A DNA stretch of 64,000 nucleotides from assembly GCF_902713615.1 (NCBI RefSeq), contig NC_052160.1, positions 137,868,737 to 137,932,736 of the forward strand, given 5' to 3'. The notes beneath the pieces were generated by a model. It searched no databases. It was not told the origin of the DNA and was given only the letters and a program-made list of their open reading frames with translations. Source of the DNA: Scyliorhinus canicula (lineage: Eukaryota). This document shows, piece by piece, positions 45,963-58,973 of this stretch. The position numbers were made by a program, and so were the translations under genes. Within the stretch, counting starts at the first letter, position 1, and each line of letters starts with the position of its first letter.

Positions 45963-46541
45963 CTGCTGCTGCTGCTGGTGGAGCTGCTGGTGCTGCTGGT
46001 GGAGCAGCTGGTTCTGCTGCTGCTGCTGCTGGTTCTGCTGCTGCTGCTGGTGGAGCTGCTGGTGCTGCTGGTGGAGCTGCTGTTTCTGCTGCTGGTGGAG
46101 CTGCTGCTTCTGCTGCTGCTGCTGCTGCTGCTGGTGGAGCTGCTGGTTCTGCTGCTGCTGCTGCTGGTGGAGCTGCTGGTTCTGCTGCTGCTGCTGGTGG
46201 AGCTGCTGGTTCTGCTGCTGCTGCTGGTGGAGCTGCTGTTTCTGCTGCTGGTGTTGGCAGAGCTGCTGCTTGTGTTCTGGTGCTGCTGCTGGAGCTGCTG
46301 GTGGAGCTGCTGGAGCTGCTGGTGGAGCTGCTGTTTCTGCTGCTGGTGTTGGCAGAGCTGCTGCTTGTGTTCTGGTGCTGCTGCTGGTGCTCCTGCTGGT
46401 GCTGCTGGTGGAGCTGCTGTTTCTGCTGCTGCTGTTGGCAGAGCTGCTGCTTCTGTTCTGGTTCTGCTGCTGGAGCTGCTGGTGGAGCTGGTGGAGCTGC
46501 TGGTTCTGCTGCTGGAGCTGCTGGTGCTGGCAGTGCTGCTG
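45963..46541. repeat. Compound (CTG)n/(CAG)n-based trinucleotide repeat, ~580 bp
   Basis: CTG runs interrupted by GTG, GAG and GTT, with ~90-100-nt higher-order units. Confidence 0.95.
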
Positions 46542-46653
46542 TTTGTGTTTTCAAATGGATTTTGTCAGTTCAGGTAAAATGACAGAGAATAGCACAAGGA
46601 CTGCAAGATACCCAACCCTCATTGAGCAGGGATGAAACCTAAATATCCAATGA

Positions 46654-47000
46654 GGGCAGCACGGTAGCATTGTAGATAGCACAATCGCTTCACAGCTCCA
46701 GGGTCCCAGGTTCGATTCCTGCTTGGGTCACTGTCTGTGAGGAGTCTGCGCATCCTCCCAGTGTGTGCGTCGGTTTCCTCCGGGTGCTCCGGTTTCCTCC
46801 CACAGTCCAAAGATGTGCAGGTTAGGTGGATTGGCCATGATAAATTGCCCTTAGTGTCCAAAATTGCCCTTTGTGTTGGGTGGGGTTACTGGGTTATGGG
46901 GATAGGATGGAGTTGTTGACCTTGGGTAGGGTGCTCTTTCCAAGAGCCGGTGCAGACTCGATGGGCTGAATGGCCTCCTTCTGCACTGTAAATTCTATGA
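46654..47000 (+). mobile_element. V-SINE/HE1-like SINE, full length
   Basis: gggcagcacggtagc head, V core, ttctgcactgtaaattctatg tail. Confidence 0.88.
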
Positions 47001-47629
47001 ATGATGGAAAAATGTTACATGTCATAAAACGACATTCGCAAAATGGCAAAGGAAGTTTGTGAAAAAGTTTTAAATGCTTCCATGAGAAGGGAGACATGAG
47101 ATGGTTTGGGGCAGAGTCAGAGAGAGAAACAGATTTATGTTGTAGAAACAAAGCTCAGGGGAGTCAGCGAAATGTTTATTTCAAAGTCAAAATTTAACTT
47201 CAAATTGAGTATAATCAGCTCCAATCAGGATTGTCTCTAACAGTGTGTTTTATATTACACAGTTACCAATGGATTTCCACAACCCATGTCTTACAAGTAG
47301 CAAACAAATCTGTAAAGTATCAATTTCTGACAACTATCATCGACTGTAAACTTAATAATAACAATAATCTTTATTTGGTTAGGTTCGCATACCCTCAGTC
47401 TAGTTCCTCTTTACACACCCTGGATACCAATTCACAGATTCCCATCCCTCGAATTTTAAAGGATGTGTTTGAATGAATTTCCTGTGTAAAGCACCAAGAG
47501 GGTTATTTATTTTATTAATACAAATTACAGCAAAAAGCAAAACAACCAGATGTCCAAATTGAAAATATATTTTCAAAGAGAATATCTTTACTGAATATCG
47601 TAATGTGAGAATGGTCGGCGAACGAGAGA

Positions 47630-47823
47630 TCATTTCCTCAAGTTGCAACCATTGGCATTTACACAAACTATGTTGTAAAGCAGTGTGATTGGTCAACTTC
47701 TCTTATCCTGTACGCGTTAGGCAGATATTTCTAGTTCGAGGAGGAAGGAAATGCTTCATCGCAGATCTTTTGAACGATACAGAGACTCTTGTACTGAAAC
47801 CTGTGGAAACCGTCACTGGGAGC
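47630..47823 (+). promoter_or_regulatory. Putative proximal promoter/5' UTR of gene 3
   Basis: Paralog of 27050-27236: ATTTCCTC, GTTGCAAC, TGATTGG, CTTATC, GAGGAAGGAAAT. Confidence 0.45.
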
Positions 47824-47863
47824 ATGGTTTTTACTGCATTGCTGTTCCTCACTTTGATATCAA
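47824..47863 (+). CDS. Gene 3 exon: signal peptide (MVFTALLFLTLIS)
   Basis: gagcATGg Kozak context, TCA A|gtaag donor; paralog of 27237-27276. Confidence 0.85.
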
Positions 47864-49071
47864 GTAAGATTTTAAAATACTATATTTGGAATAACAGCTC
47901 ACGTTTATGTCTGAGAAAAATGGCACGACAATCCTATTTAAAAAATTCAGTTCGGGGATGTGGCGTCTCTGGTTTTGCCAGCATTTATGGCCCATCCCTC
48001 GTTGCCCTTCAGAAGGTGGCGGTGAGTTGCCTTCTTGAACCACAGCGAGACTTTGAGGTGTAGGTACACCCACTGTGCTGTTAGGGAGAGAGTTCCAGGG
48101 TGTTGCCCCAGCGACAGTGAAGGAACGGCGATCTATTTCCTAGTCAGGGTGGTGAGTGACTTGGAGGGGAACCTCCAGGTGGTGGGGTTCCCAGGTATCT
48201 GCTGCTTTTGTCCTTCTAGATGGTAGTGGTTGTGGGTTTGGAAGGTGCTGTGGAAGGAACCTTGGTGAGTTACTATGGTGCATCTTGTAGATGGGACACA
48301 CGGCTGCCACTGTTCGGTGGTCGAGGGTTTGAATGTTTGTGGAAAGGCGAGTAATCAAGCGGGCTGCTTTGTCCTGAATGGGTGTCCAGCTTCTTGAGTA
48401 TTGTTGGAGCTGCACTCATCCAGGCAAGTGGAGAATATTCCATTGCACTCCTGACTTGTGTCTAGTAGATGGTGGACAGGTTTTGGGGGTAGGAGGTGTG
48501 TTCTTCGCCTGAGGATTCCTGTATTGTAGCTTCACCAGGTTGACACCTCATTGTTCAGTATTCCTGATGTTGCTCCTGGCATGCTCTCCTGCACTCTTCA
48601 TTGAACCAGGGTTGATCCCCTGGCTGAGTGGTAATGGTAGAGTGGAGGATATGCCGGGCCATGAGGTTGCAGATTGTGGTTGAGTACAATACTGCTGCTG
48701 ATGATGACCCACAGCGCCATATGGATGCCCAGTGTTGAGTTGCTGGATCTGTTCAAAGTCTACCCCAGTTTCCTTGGCCATGTTTAGTCTGAAGCCATAC
48801 GGACTTCATGGGGTCCAGAGTCGATGTTGAGGACTCCCAGGGCAAGTCCCTCCTGACTGTTACCCACTGTGCCTCCACCTTGCTGGTGAGACAGGACATA
48901 GCCAGGAATGGTGATGTCTGGGACGTTATCTGTAAGGTATGATTCTGTGAGTATGTCAGGCTGTTGCATAACTAGTCTGTGAGATAGCTCTCCCAACTTT
49001 GGCACAAGCCCCCAGATGTTAGTAAGGAGGACTTTGCAGGGTTGGCAGGGCTGGGTTTGCCATTGTTGTGT

Positions 49072-49258
49072 CCGGGGCATTGCCGTGTCCGGGGCATTGC
49101 CGTGTCCGGGGCATTGTCGTGTCCGGGGCATTGCCGTGTCCGGGGCATTGCCGTGTCCGGGGCATTGTCGTGTCCGGGGCATTGCCGTGTCCGGGGCATT
49201 GCCGTATCCGGGGCATTGCCGTGTCCGGGGCATTGTCGTTTCCGGGGCATTGTCGTGT
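49072..49258. repeat. 17-bp minisatellite x11 (CCGGGGCATTGYCGTGT)
   Basis: Units at 17-nt spacing from 49072 to 49242. Confidence 0.95.
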
Positions 49259-50839
49259 TTTTCTAGCGGTTGGATATCACTGAGTGGGGATGGGCCATTT
49301 CAGAGGGCGTTTAAACGTCAACCATATTGGGTCTAGAGACACATGTGGGCCAGACCAGGTCAGGATGGTAGATGCAGATTTCCTTCCCTAAAGGGCATTA
49401 GTGAACCAGGTGGGTTTTTAACAACAATTGACAACGGTTTCATGGTCATCATTAGATTTTTAATTCCAGAAATTTAACTGAATTTAAATCCCACCACCTG
49501 CCGTTGTGGGATTCGAACCCAGCTCCCCAGATCATTGTCCTGGGTCTCTGGATTACACATCCAGCGACAATACCACTACACCACTGCCTCCGCACAGGGG
49601 TAAAGAAACACAGACTCTGGGCCAAAGGAGGGAAGGTTGGAGGGGTTGACCAAAAGCTCCGTCAAAGGGGTGGGTTTTAAAGAGGATCCTAAATGGGGAG
49701 AGGGAGTTGGCGAGGAGGAGGGGTTTAGCGATGGAGATTCAAAACTTTCGATCTGATTGAAAACTCAGCCATTAACAGAGGGCAAAGGGAGGAACCGATG
49801 CACTTGTTTTGGAGGATTGGAGAGTTCCCTCAGGGAGGGGGATAATGGAATATTGGAGGATATTACAGGAATGAGAACAGATGACAACAATTTGCAAGAT
49901 CTAGAGGTCCACATGGTACTGAAGCTTGCCATCCAGGGACAGCAGCAGGAATAGAATCCATCATATGTTCCATATCTGAAGGAAAGAAAAGGGAGGAGGG
50001 TGGGGACTAGGACAGTGGGGATAGTACTTTCTGAGGGCAGATCAGTTACAATGATGGGCTGTGTAGTTTCCTTCTGTCTTGTGAAATCCTGTGGTTCCCT
50101 CATGGAAATTGAATATCATCTCAGGATACTGATTAAACCCATTACTTCCCAACATGTTGAGACATTTTCATGTTGCAGAAATCCTTGCCTGCACCCTCAG
50201 CTATCTTTCCCTGCCATACTATCTACTGAATAAGGTAACACCCTCATTTCTGACCAATTATCATCATTTCGGAATATACTTTACCTCTTTGATTGAGGAA
50301 ATGTGGCTGTGTTTCACAAAGGATAAACGATGTGGTGACAAACTTCTGGAGCCTAAAGAAATTTCTTGATTCGTCCAGAATTTTGCTTCACATGAGCCAA
50401 GTCTTGATCTTTAAACAATGTTTATCAGGTTGGGAAGGGTAAAGAGGTCGCAGTCCGTGGTTGAGATTCTATAATAGAGGCCATTCCTTCTGCTTGTGAT
50501 AACACAACGGAAGAAAGGATAATAATCAAAAAGCAGAACACATTATTATTTTAAGAGAATGCAGGTTTAACGTGGATAGGTTTGGGCCCATTGCTCAGTG
50601 CCTGGGAGAGATGTACCTGCAGAATGTGCTTCTCTCTCTGTGCCACATCCTGCAGCGATGGCAGCTGCCCCACAACACATCCAGTCACCAAATGTATCAC
50701 AATGCCAAGGTGGCAGCTTCCTGGGTGGTAGCAGCTGTTAGGATTGGCTCATTCCTGAAGGAGCAGGCCCAATTCTTCACACGCACACATACAAGCACAC
50801 TCACACATACTCTCCCTCTCACTCCCGAACAGACACACT

Positions 50840-51494
50840 GGCCGGGATTCCCCGGCCCTGCGCCGGGTCGGAGAATCCCCGGGGGGAGGCGCGAATCCCG
50901 ACCCACCGCCCCGACGCTGGCTGCCCTATTCTCCGGCGCCGTTTTTCAGGGGCCGGCGGGATTCCCGCCACGCCGGTCAGGGGGCCATTGACAGGGCCCC
51001 TCCCCCAGTGATTCTCTGGGCCCCGATGGGCCAGGTGGCCGTAAAGTTTTGCCCAGTCCTGCCGGCGTGAATTACTCACCTCACGCACAGCGGGACCTGG
51101 CAGGTAAGTGTGCGGGGGCGGTTCTGGGGGCAGGGTGGTTCCGACCCCGGGGGGGAGGGGGGGGCCACGATGGCCTGGCCCGCAATCGAGGCCTACCGAT
51201 CTGCGGGCGGGCTGGTTCCGTGGGGTTCTTCTTTCCTCCGGGCCCCTGTCAGGCTCCGCCATATTGCCCGGGGGCCGGCACGGAGAAGGGAATCACCGCG
51301 CATGCGCGGAAATACGCCAGCCATTCTGCGCATGCGCAAACTCCGGCTGGAGCTGTGGGGCGACTCCGGTGGCAGCCTAGCCCCCCCAGAAAGGTGAGGA
51401 TTTCTCACTTTCGGGGGCTGCTGACATCGGAGTTGTTGGCGCCGGTTTTCCCGCCGGTGTGGGGACATAGCCCCATTTTCAGAGAATCCCGCCC
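50840..51494. mobile_element. PIF/Harbinger-like MITE, 655 bp, CpG-rich, 3-bp TSD ACT
   Basis: ggccgggattc / gaatcccgccc TIRs; ACT on both flanks. Confidence 0.8.
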
Positions 51495-51633
51495 ACTGAC
51501 TCTCTCACTCCCATTAACACACACACACAATCTCACTGCCTCACAAACACACACATCTCTCGTGCACACACTTTCTTTCTCACACACATACACACCACAC
51601 ACACTCACTGGCTCACTTCCACACAAACACAAA

Positions 51634-51768
51634 GGGTAGGATTCTACGTCCGTGGGATCCTCCGCTTCGCCGGCAGCGCACTCACGCCCCTGTGATTTCC
51701 CCATGGAGTGGGGGGGGTCCACAACGGGAAACCCCGTTGGCCGGCTGCCGGGACGGAGAATCCCGCTC
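51634..51768. mobile_element. PIF/Harbinger-like MITE, 135 bp, 3-bp TSD AAA
   Basis: gggtaggattct / agaatcccgctc TIRs; internally related to 26833-27002. Confidence 0.7.
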
Positions 51769-51772
51769 AAAC

Positions 51773-52408
51773 TCTCACTTCCTGACATAAGCACACTCTC
51801 GCTCCTTCACGCACACACTTATCCACACACACTCTCACTTCCTGACACACACACACACACTCTCACTTCCTGACACACACACGCACACTCTCACTTCCTG
51901 ACACACACACACACACTCTCACACACGCACCTTCCCACTTCCTGACACACACACGCACACTCTCACTTCCTGACACACACACGCACACTCTCACACACGC
52001 ACCCTCCCACTTCCTGACACACACACGCACACTCTCACTTCCTGACACACACACACACACTCTCACACACGCACNNNNNNNNNNNNNNNNNNNNNNNNNN
52101 NNNNNNNNNNNNNNNNNNNNNNNNNNNNNNNNNNNNNNNNNNNNNNNNNNNNNNNNNNNNNNNNNNNNNNNNNNNNNNNNNNNNNNNNNNNNNNNNNNNN
52201 NNNNNNNNNNNNNNNNNNNNNNNNNNNNNNNNNNNNNNNNNNNNNNNNNNNNNNNNNNTTCCTGACACACACACACACATGCTCACTTCCTGACACACAC
52301 ACACACACTCTCACACACGCACCCTCCCACTTCCTGACACACACACACACACTCTCACACACGCACCCTCCCACTTCCTGACACACACACATACACACAC
52401 ACACACAC
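51773..52408. repeat. CA-rich minisatellite (CACTTCCTGA(CA)n units) spanning an assembly gap (184 N, 52075-52258)
   Basis: Seen directly. Confidence 0.9.
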
Positions 52409-52451
52409 CATCATCATCCTCTTCCTCCCAAACTCCAACCTCCATTCCGAG

Positions 52452-52677
52452 TGATGCACGATCAATTGTACAAAGACTCAGATTGGTACAACTGTGGCTT
52501 TATTGCAGTCAGATGCGTGGCCTCCTACAGCAGCTGGCGAAATGGCAGCTGCATAGAGGACACACATATTTATACTCCTCTTCCTGGGCGGAGCCAGCAG
52601 GCAGGGGCTACTGGCGAACCTGTAATACAGGTCCTACCTTACATCCCCTAATACAGGTGTAACAATGGTTCACCACA
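52452..52677 (-). mobile_element. Gypsy solo LTR (family of 4416-4642), 5-bp TSD CCGAG
   Basis: TGTGGT...GCATCA on the minus strand; CCGAG on both flanks. Confidence 0.85.
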
Positions 52678-53388
52678 CCGAGGCCTTGCAATGAGCCTCT
52701 CCTCCCCTGCATCTCACAATCTGTGTCTCTTCCCCGGGTCCTCCTCACTCTGCTCCCCATTCCCGTTTGGAGGTGCCGGAGTGGTATTCCGGTGTGCTCC
52801 AGCATCATTACATCACTAACGGAAGAGGAAGATGATAAGGGAGTTGTGGGATTCTTGAATTTTAAATAGGAGTATTAAATACAAAGTGTGAGGAGTTATG
52901 TTAACCCTTCACTACTCACTGGTTAGGTCACTGGTTAGGTACTGTGTTCAACTCTGGGCAACACACTTGAGGGAGGAGGTCAAGCCCCTGGCGAGGGCAC
53001 AGGACAGATTTACCAGGATGATACCAGGGATGTGGCAGTTTGGTTATGTGGGCAGATTGGAGACATTGGGATTATTGTCCTTAGAGCAGAAAAGATAAAA
53101 GGGAAATTTAATAAAAGTATTGAAATTGAGGAAGGGTCTTATGCAGCAGGTGGAGAGTAATTATTTCCTCTGGCTGGTGGATTGGTAACAAGAGATCATA
53201 GAGTTAAAATAGTTGGGAGAAAAAATAGTGGGTAAATGAGGAGATGTTATTTCACACATTAGGCTGTTATTATTTGGAATATACCAACTGGAATAGTCAT
53301 GGAATAAGATTCATAATTCATAGGATATAAGAACAGAATTAGGCTATTTGGCCCATCGAGTCTGCTCCACCATTCTATCATAAGACCA

Positions 53389-56300
53389 TAAGACATAGGA
53401 GTGGAAGTAAGGCCATTCGGCCCATCGAGTCCACTCCGCCATTCAATCATGGCTGATGGGCATTTCAACTCCACCTACCAGCATTCTCCCCGTAGCCCTT
53501 AATTCCTCGCGACATCAAGAATTTATCTATCTCTGCCTTGAAGCCATTTAGCGTCCCGGCCTCCACTGCACTCCGCGGCAATGAATTCCACAGGCCCACC
53601 ACTCTCTGGCTGAAGAAATGTCTCCGCATTTCTGTTCTGAATTTACCCCCTCTAATTCTAAGACTGTGCCCACGGGTCCTCGTCTCCTCGCCTAACGGAA
53701 ACAGTTTCTTTGCGTCCACCCTTTCTTAGCCATGTATTATCTTGTAAGTTTCTATTAGATCTCCCCTTAACCTTCTAAACTCAATGAATACAATCCCAGG
53801 ATCCTCAGCCGTTCCTCATATGTTAGACTCGCCATTCCAGGGATCATCCGTGTGAATCTCCGCTGGACACGCTCCAGTGCCAGTATGTCCTTCCTGAGAT
53901 GTGGGGCCCAAAACTGGTCACAATACTCCAAATGGGGCCTCACGGTAGCATGGTGGTTAGCATCAATGCTTCACAGCTCCAGGGTCCCAGGTTCGATTCC
54001 CGGCTGGGTCACTGTCTGTGTGGAGTCTGCACGTCCTCCCCATGTGTGCGTGGGTTTCCTCCGGGTGCTCCGGTTTCCTCCCACAGTCCAAAGATGTGCG
54101 GGTTAGGTGGATTGGCCATGCTAAATTTCCCGTAGTGTAAGGTTAATGGGGGGATTGTTGGGTTACGGGTATGCGGGGTACGTGGGTTTAAGTAGGGTGA
54201 TCATTGCTCGGCACAACATCGAGGGCCGAAGGGCCTGTTCTGTGCTGTACTGTTCTATGTTCTATGTTCTTATAAAGGCTCAGTAGCACATCGCTGCTTT
54301 TATATTCCAACCCTCTTGAGATAAATGACAACATTGCATTCGCTTTCTTAATCACGGATTCAACCTGCATGTTTACCTTTAGGGAATCCTCGACTAGCAC
54401 TCCCAGATCCCTTTGTACTTTGGCATTATGAATTTTCTCACCGTTTAGAAAGTAGTCTATGCTTGGATTCTTTTTTCCAAAGTGCAAGACCTCATATTTT
54501 CTCACGTTGAATTGCATCAGCCATTTCCTGCACCACTCTCCCAAACTGTCTAGATCCTTCTGCAGCCTCCCCACTTCCTCAGCACTACCTGCCTGACCAC
54601 CTAACTTCGTATCATCGGCAAACTTCGCTAGAATGCCCCCAGTCCCTTCATCCAGATCATTAATATATATGGTGAACAGCTGCGGCCCCAACACTGAACC
54701 CTGTGGGACACCGCTGGTCACCGGCTGCCATTCCGAAAAAGAACCTTTTATCCCAACTCTCTGCCTTCTGTCAGACAGCCAATCCTCAACCCATGCCAGT
54801 AGCTCACCTCGAACACCATGGGCCCTCACCTTACTCAGCAGCCTCCTGTGTGGCACCTTATCAAAGGCCTTTTGGAAATCCAGATAGACCACATCCACTG
54901 GGTTTCCCTGGTCTAACGTACTTGTCACCTCCTCAAAGAATTCTAACAGGTTCGTCAGGCACAACCTCCCCTTACTAAATCCATGTTGACTTGTTCTAAT
55001 CCGACACTGCTCTTCCAAGAATTTAGAAATCTCATCCTTAACGATCGATTCTAGAATTTTACCAACAACCGAGGTTAGGCTAATTGGCCTATAATTTTCC
55101 ATCTTTTGTCTTGATCCTTTCTTGAACAAGGGGGTTACAACAGCGATCTTCCAATCGTCCGGGACTTTCCCTGACTCCAGTGATTTTTGAAAGATCTCAA
55201 CCAACGCTTCCGCTATTTCTTCAGCCACCTCTCTCAGAACTCTAGGGTGTAGCCCATCGGGGCCAGGAGATTTGTCAATTTTAAGACCTTTTAGCTTTTT
55301 TAGCACCATCTCTTTTGTAATGGCAACCATACTCAACTCAGCCCCCTGACCCTCTATAATTTTTGGGATATTACTCATGTCTTCCACTGGGAAGACAGAC
55401 GCAAAGTACTTATTAAGTTCTCCAGCCATTTCCTCGTCTCCCATCACTAGCCTTCCGGAATCAGTTTGAATTGGCCCCATGTCTACTTTGGCCTGTCGTT
55501 TGTTTCTTATGTATTGAAAGAAACTTTTACTATCATTTCTTATATTACTGGCTAGCCTGCCTTCATATTTGATCCTCTCCTTCCTTATTTGTCTCTTTGT
55601 TAACCTGTTTGTTTTTGTAGCCTTCCCAATCTTCTGATTTCCCAGTGCTTTTGGCCACTTTATAGGATCTTCTTTTTCTTTGATACATTTCCTGACCTCC
55701 TTTGTCAGCCATGGTTGTCTAATCCCTCCCCGGATAATCTTTCTTTTCTTGGGGATGAACCTCTGTACAGTGTCCTCAATTATGCATACAAACTCCTGCC
55801 ATTTTTGCTCTTTATTTATTTAACTGTAACACCATTACATCCGATTTTGCCTTCTCTCTTTCAAACTGCAGACTGAACTCAACCATATTATGATCGCTGC
55901 TTCCTAAGTGTTCCCTTACTTTAAGATCTTTTATAAAGTCTGGTTCATTACATAGCACTAGGTCCAGAATAGCCTGCTCCCTTGTGGGCTCCATGACAAG
56001 CTGTTCCAAAAAGCCATTTTGTAAGCATTCCATGAATTCCTTTTCTTTGGATCCACTGGATACGTTATTTACCCAATCCACCTGCATATTGAAGTCCCCC
56101 ATGATCACCGTGACCTTGCCTTTCTGACATGCCTTTTCTATTTCCCGGTACATGTTGCGCCCCTGGTCCTGACCACTGTTAGGAGGTCTGTACATAACTC
56201 CCATTATGGTTTTTTTGCCTTTGTGGTTCCTCAATTCTACCCACACAGACTCCACATCATCCGACCCTATGTCGTTTAGTGCCATAGATTTAATTTTGTT

Positions 56301-58029
56301 CTTAACTAACAAGGCAACCCCACCCCCTCGGCCCACCTCCCTGTCTTTTCGATAGGTTGTATATCCTTGGATGTTTAACTGCCAGTCCTGAACCCCCTGC
56401 AGCCATGTCTCTATGATGCCTACCACATCATAATCATTCATGATGATCTGTGCCATTAGTTCGTCTACTTTGTTACAAATGCTACGAGCATTCAGGTAAA
56501 GTGCCTTAATGCTAACTTTCTTATCATTACAGATATTGGAAGTCCTAAGATGTCCAAAGTTATCCTTCCTTTCTGTTGCATTCCTAGTCTGCCTCAAGCT
56601 TAAATCCACCTGCCTACATGTTATCCTCCTGTGTATCTTGCCATTTAACCCCATGCTCCCTGTCGCTTTCACTTTCCCTTCCCCCCAACTCAGAAGTTTA
56701 AAGTCCTACTGACCACCCTATTTATCCTCTTCGCTAGAACACTGGTTCCAGATCGGTTCAGGTGGAGACCATCCCAACGGTACAGATCCCCCCGGTTCCA
56801 AAACTGATGCCAATGTCCCATGAAGTGGAATCCCTCTTTCCCACACCAATCCCTTAGCCACGTGTTTACTTCCCTAATTTTCTTATCCCTATACCAATTG
56901 GCACGTGGCTCGGGCAGTAATCTGGAGATTATGACCCTTGAGGACCTGTATTTCAATTTTCTTCCTCGTGCTTGATAGTCCCCGAACAGGTCCTCCACCC
57001 TAGCTTTACCTATGTTGTTAGTCCCAATGTGGACCACAACAACTGGATCCTCCCCCTCCCGCTCCAATATCCTTTCAAGCCGGTCAGAGATTTCCCGCAC
57101 CCTGGCACCGGGCAGGCAACACACCATGTGAGACTCCCGATCCGGCTTGCATAGGATACTATCTGTCCCCCTAATTATAGAATCCCCTATAACAACTACT
57201 TGTCTTTTTACTCCCCCCTCTTGAATGGCCTTCTGCACCATGGTACCGTGGTCAGCTGGCTCATCCTGTCCAGAGCCCTTTTCCTCATCCATACAGGGAG
57301 CAAGAGTCTCATACCTGTTGGACAAGGTCAAGGGCTGAGGCTCCTGCACTCCTGAACTCAGGTTCCCCCTGCCTGCCTCACTTACAGTCACACTCTGAAA
57401 TCCCTGATCACTTACTGAATGTGAATTACTTAATCTCCCAGGTGTGACTGCCTCCTGAAACAAAGTGTCCAGGTAGCTCTCCCCCTCCCGGATGTGCCGC
57501 AGTGTTTGAAGCTCAGATTCCAGATCATCAACTCTGAGCCGGAGTTCTTCCAGCAACCAACACTTGCTGCAGATGTGGTCATTGCCATTCACAAGGGGAA
57601 CAGCCAGCTCCCACATCATACAGCTACAGCACATCACCTGCCCAGCCATCTCTGATTAGTTAATTACTTTATTACTTTGTATAAATTTCCGTTAAAAAAA
57701 AAACTTGGATACCTCTGCTATAGTCTTTTCCAACCTAGTTCTGGTTAACAAATAAGAAAAAGAAAAATAATAATGTAATAAGGCACTCACCTGCTCACCC
57801 CAATGGGTCTTATTATTAGGTTAGAGGAGGAGGGCGGGTGGGAGACACTACACGTGTAGTGTCTCGGGTTTCATCTCCACCAGAATTTATTGACTAGGGA
57901 GGGGTAAACCTTCCCAGAAGTCCGCGGGACAAACTTCCTGTTTCCTGCAAAGGTAAGTAATTTAAACTTACAACTCACCTCCCGACAGGCTCAGCACCTG
58001 CCGGTATCCAATGGCTGGCCACTGCTCCT
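53389..58029 (-). mobile_element. Near-full-length decayed CR1 LINE in gene 3 intron 1 (ORF1 56690-57649, endonuclease 55812-56672, RT 54188-55480, 3' tail)
   Basis: Esterase ORF1; YRPP/GDFN endonuclease; YLDFQKAFD, PQGSVLGP and FADD RT motifs; tcttatg tail; absent from gene 2 intron 1. Confidence 0.92.
53941..54269 (+). mobile_element. V-SINE/HE1-like SINE inserted in the CR1 RT C-terminus
   Basis: Interrupts the LSLYK|...LEYC region; gttctatgttc tail. Confidence 0.85.
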
Positions 58030-58973
58030 GCAATGAAATTTACAAATCTACTCACCAGCTGATGTGTCCCAGCTCCCGCCGAAATCCAACTGGCTGTCAT
58101 GTCCCTCATCTGTTACCTACAATGTTACAGACCAAGAGCGAGATTGCAGAATCAGCCGGAGCATCTCCTCCCTGGAATACACGACCTCGGGGCGGGAGTG
58201 GGGAATTTACCCTCCTGAGCCCAACACCCTCACTGTGATCGTGGCTGATCCCATCCTGGCCTCAATTCCACCATCCTGCCCATTCTCCATAACCCTTCCA
58301 CCTAATTAAAAATCTGTCTAACTCCTCCTTGGACTCGCACACTGGGGTAGCGAATTCCATAGATTCACAGCCCTTTGGGAGAAGTTGTTTTTCCTCAAAT
58401 CTGTTTTCAATTTGCTGCCTCTTATTCTGAGACTATGACCTCTCATTTCAGAATGCCCCACAAGACTAAGCATCCGCTCCACGTCTACTTTATCCAGACC
58501 GTTTAGCACCTTGTATACCTCAATTAGATCTCCCCTCATCCTTCTAAACTCTGGAGAGTGTAAAGCTAATCTATCCTCATATGACAAACCCCTCATCTCT
58601 GGAACCAATCTGATGAAACTCCTCTCAACTGTCTCCAATCCCACTACATCTTTCCTCAACTAACAGGACCAAAACAGTGTACAATACTCCAGGTTTCAGT
58701 CTTACTAATGCTTCCAAAAGACAGATGGACATACATTTGAAGGGGACCAATGTGCAGGGTTTCGGGGGGGAGCTGGGGTGTGGGATTAAATTGGACAATA
58801 AATTTTCTAAGAGCTGGCACAGACATGACAGGCCGAATGGCCTCCTTCTCTGCTTTAAGGTTCTAGATTCCAGTCCCACTCAGGATTTGTGTGTGTCCCC
58901 TTGTGAAAGGATTGTCTAAAATTCATTGTTGGGATATTTCCAGCTTTCCTAAAACTTAATGTTTCCCCAACAG

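Noticed and set aside
45916-46554. Antifreeze-glycoprotein-like or mucin exon
   Set aside because: No ATG or convincing splice context, no Thr-Ala-Ala periodicity, and composition switches as the repeat slips frame
49072-49258. CRISPR-like or peptide-repeat interpretation of the 17-bp array (also the 28-bp array)
   Set aside because: Head-to-tail units with no unique spacers, no cas genes, eukaryotic context
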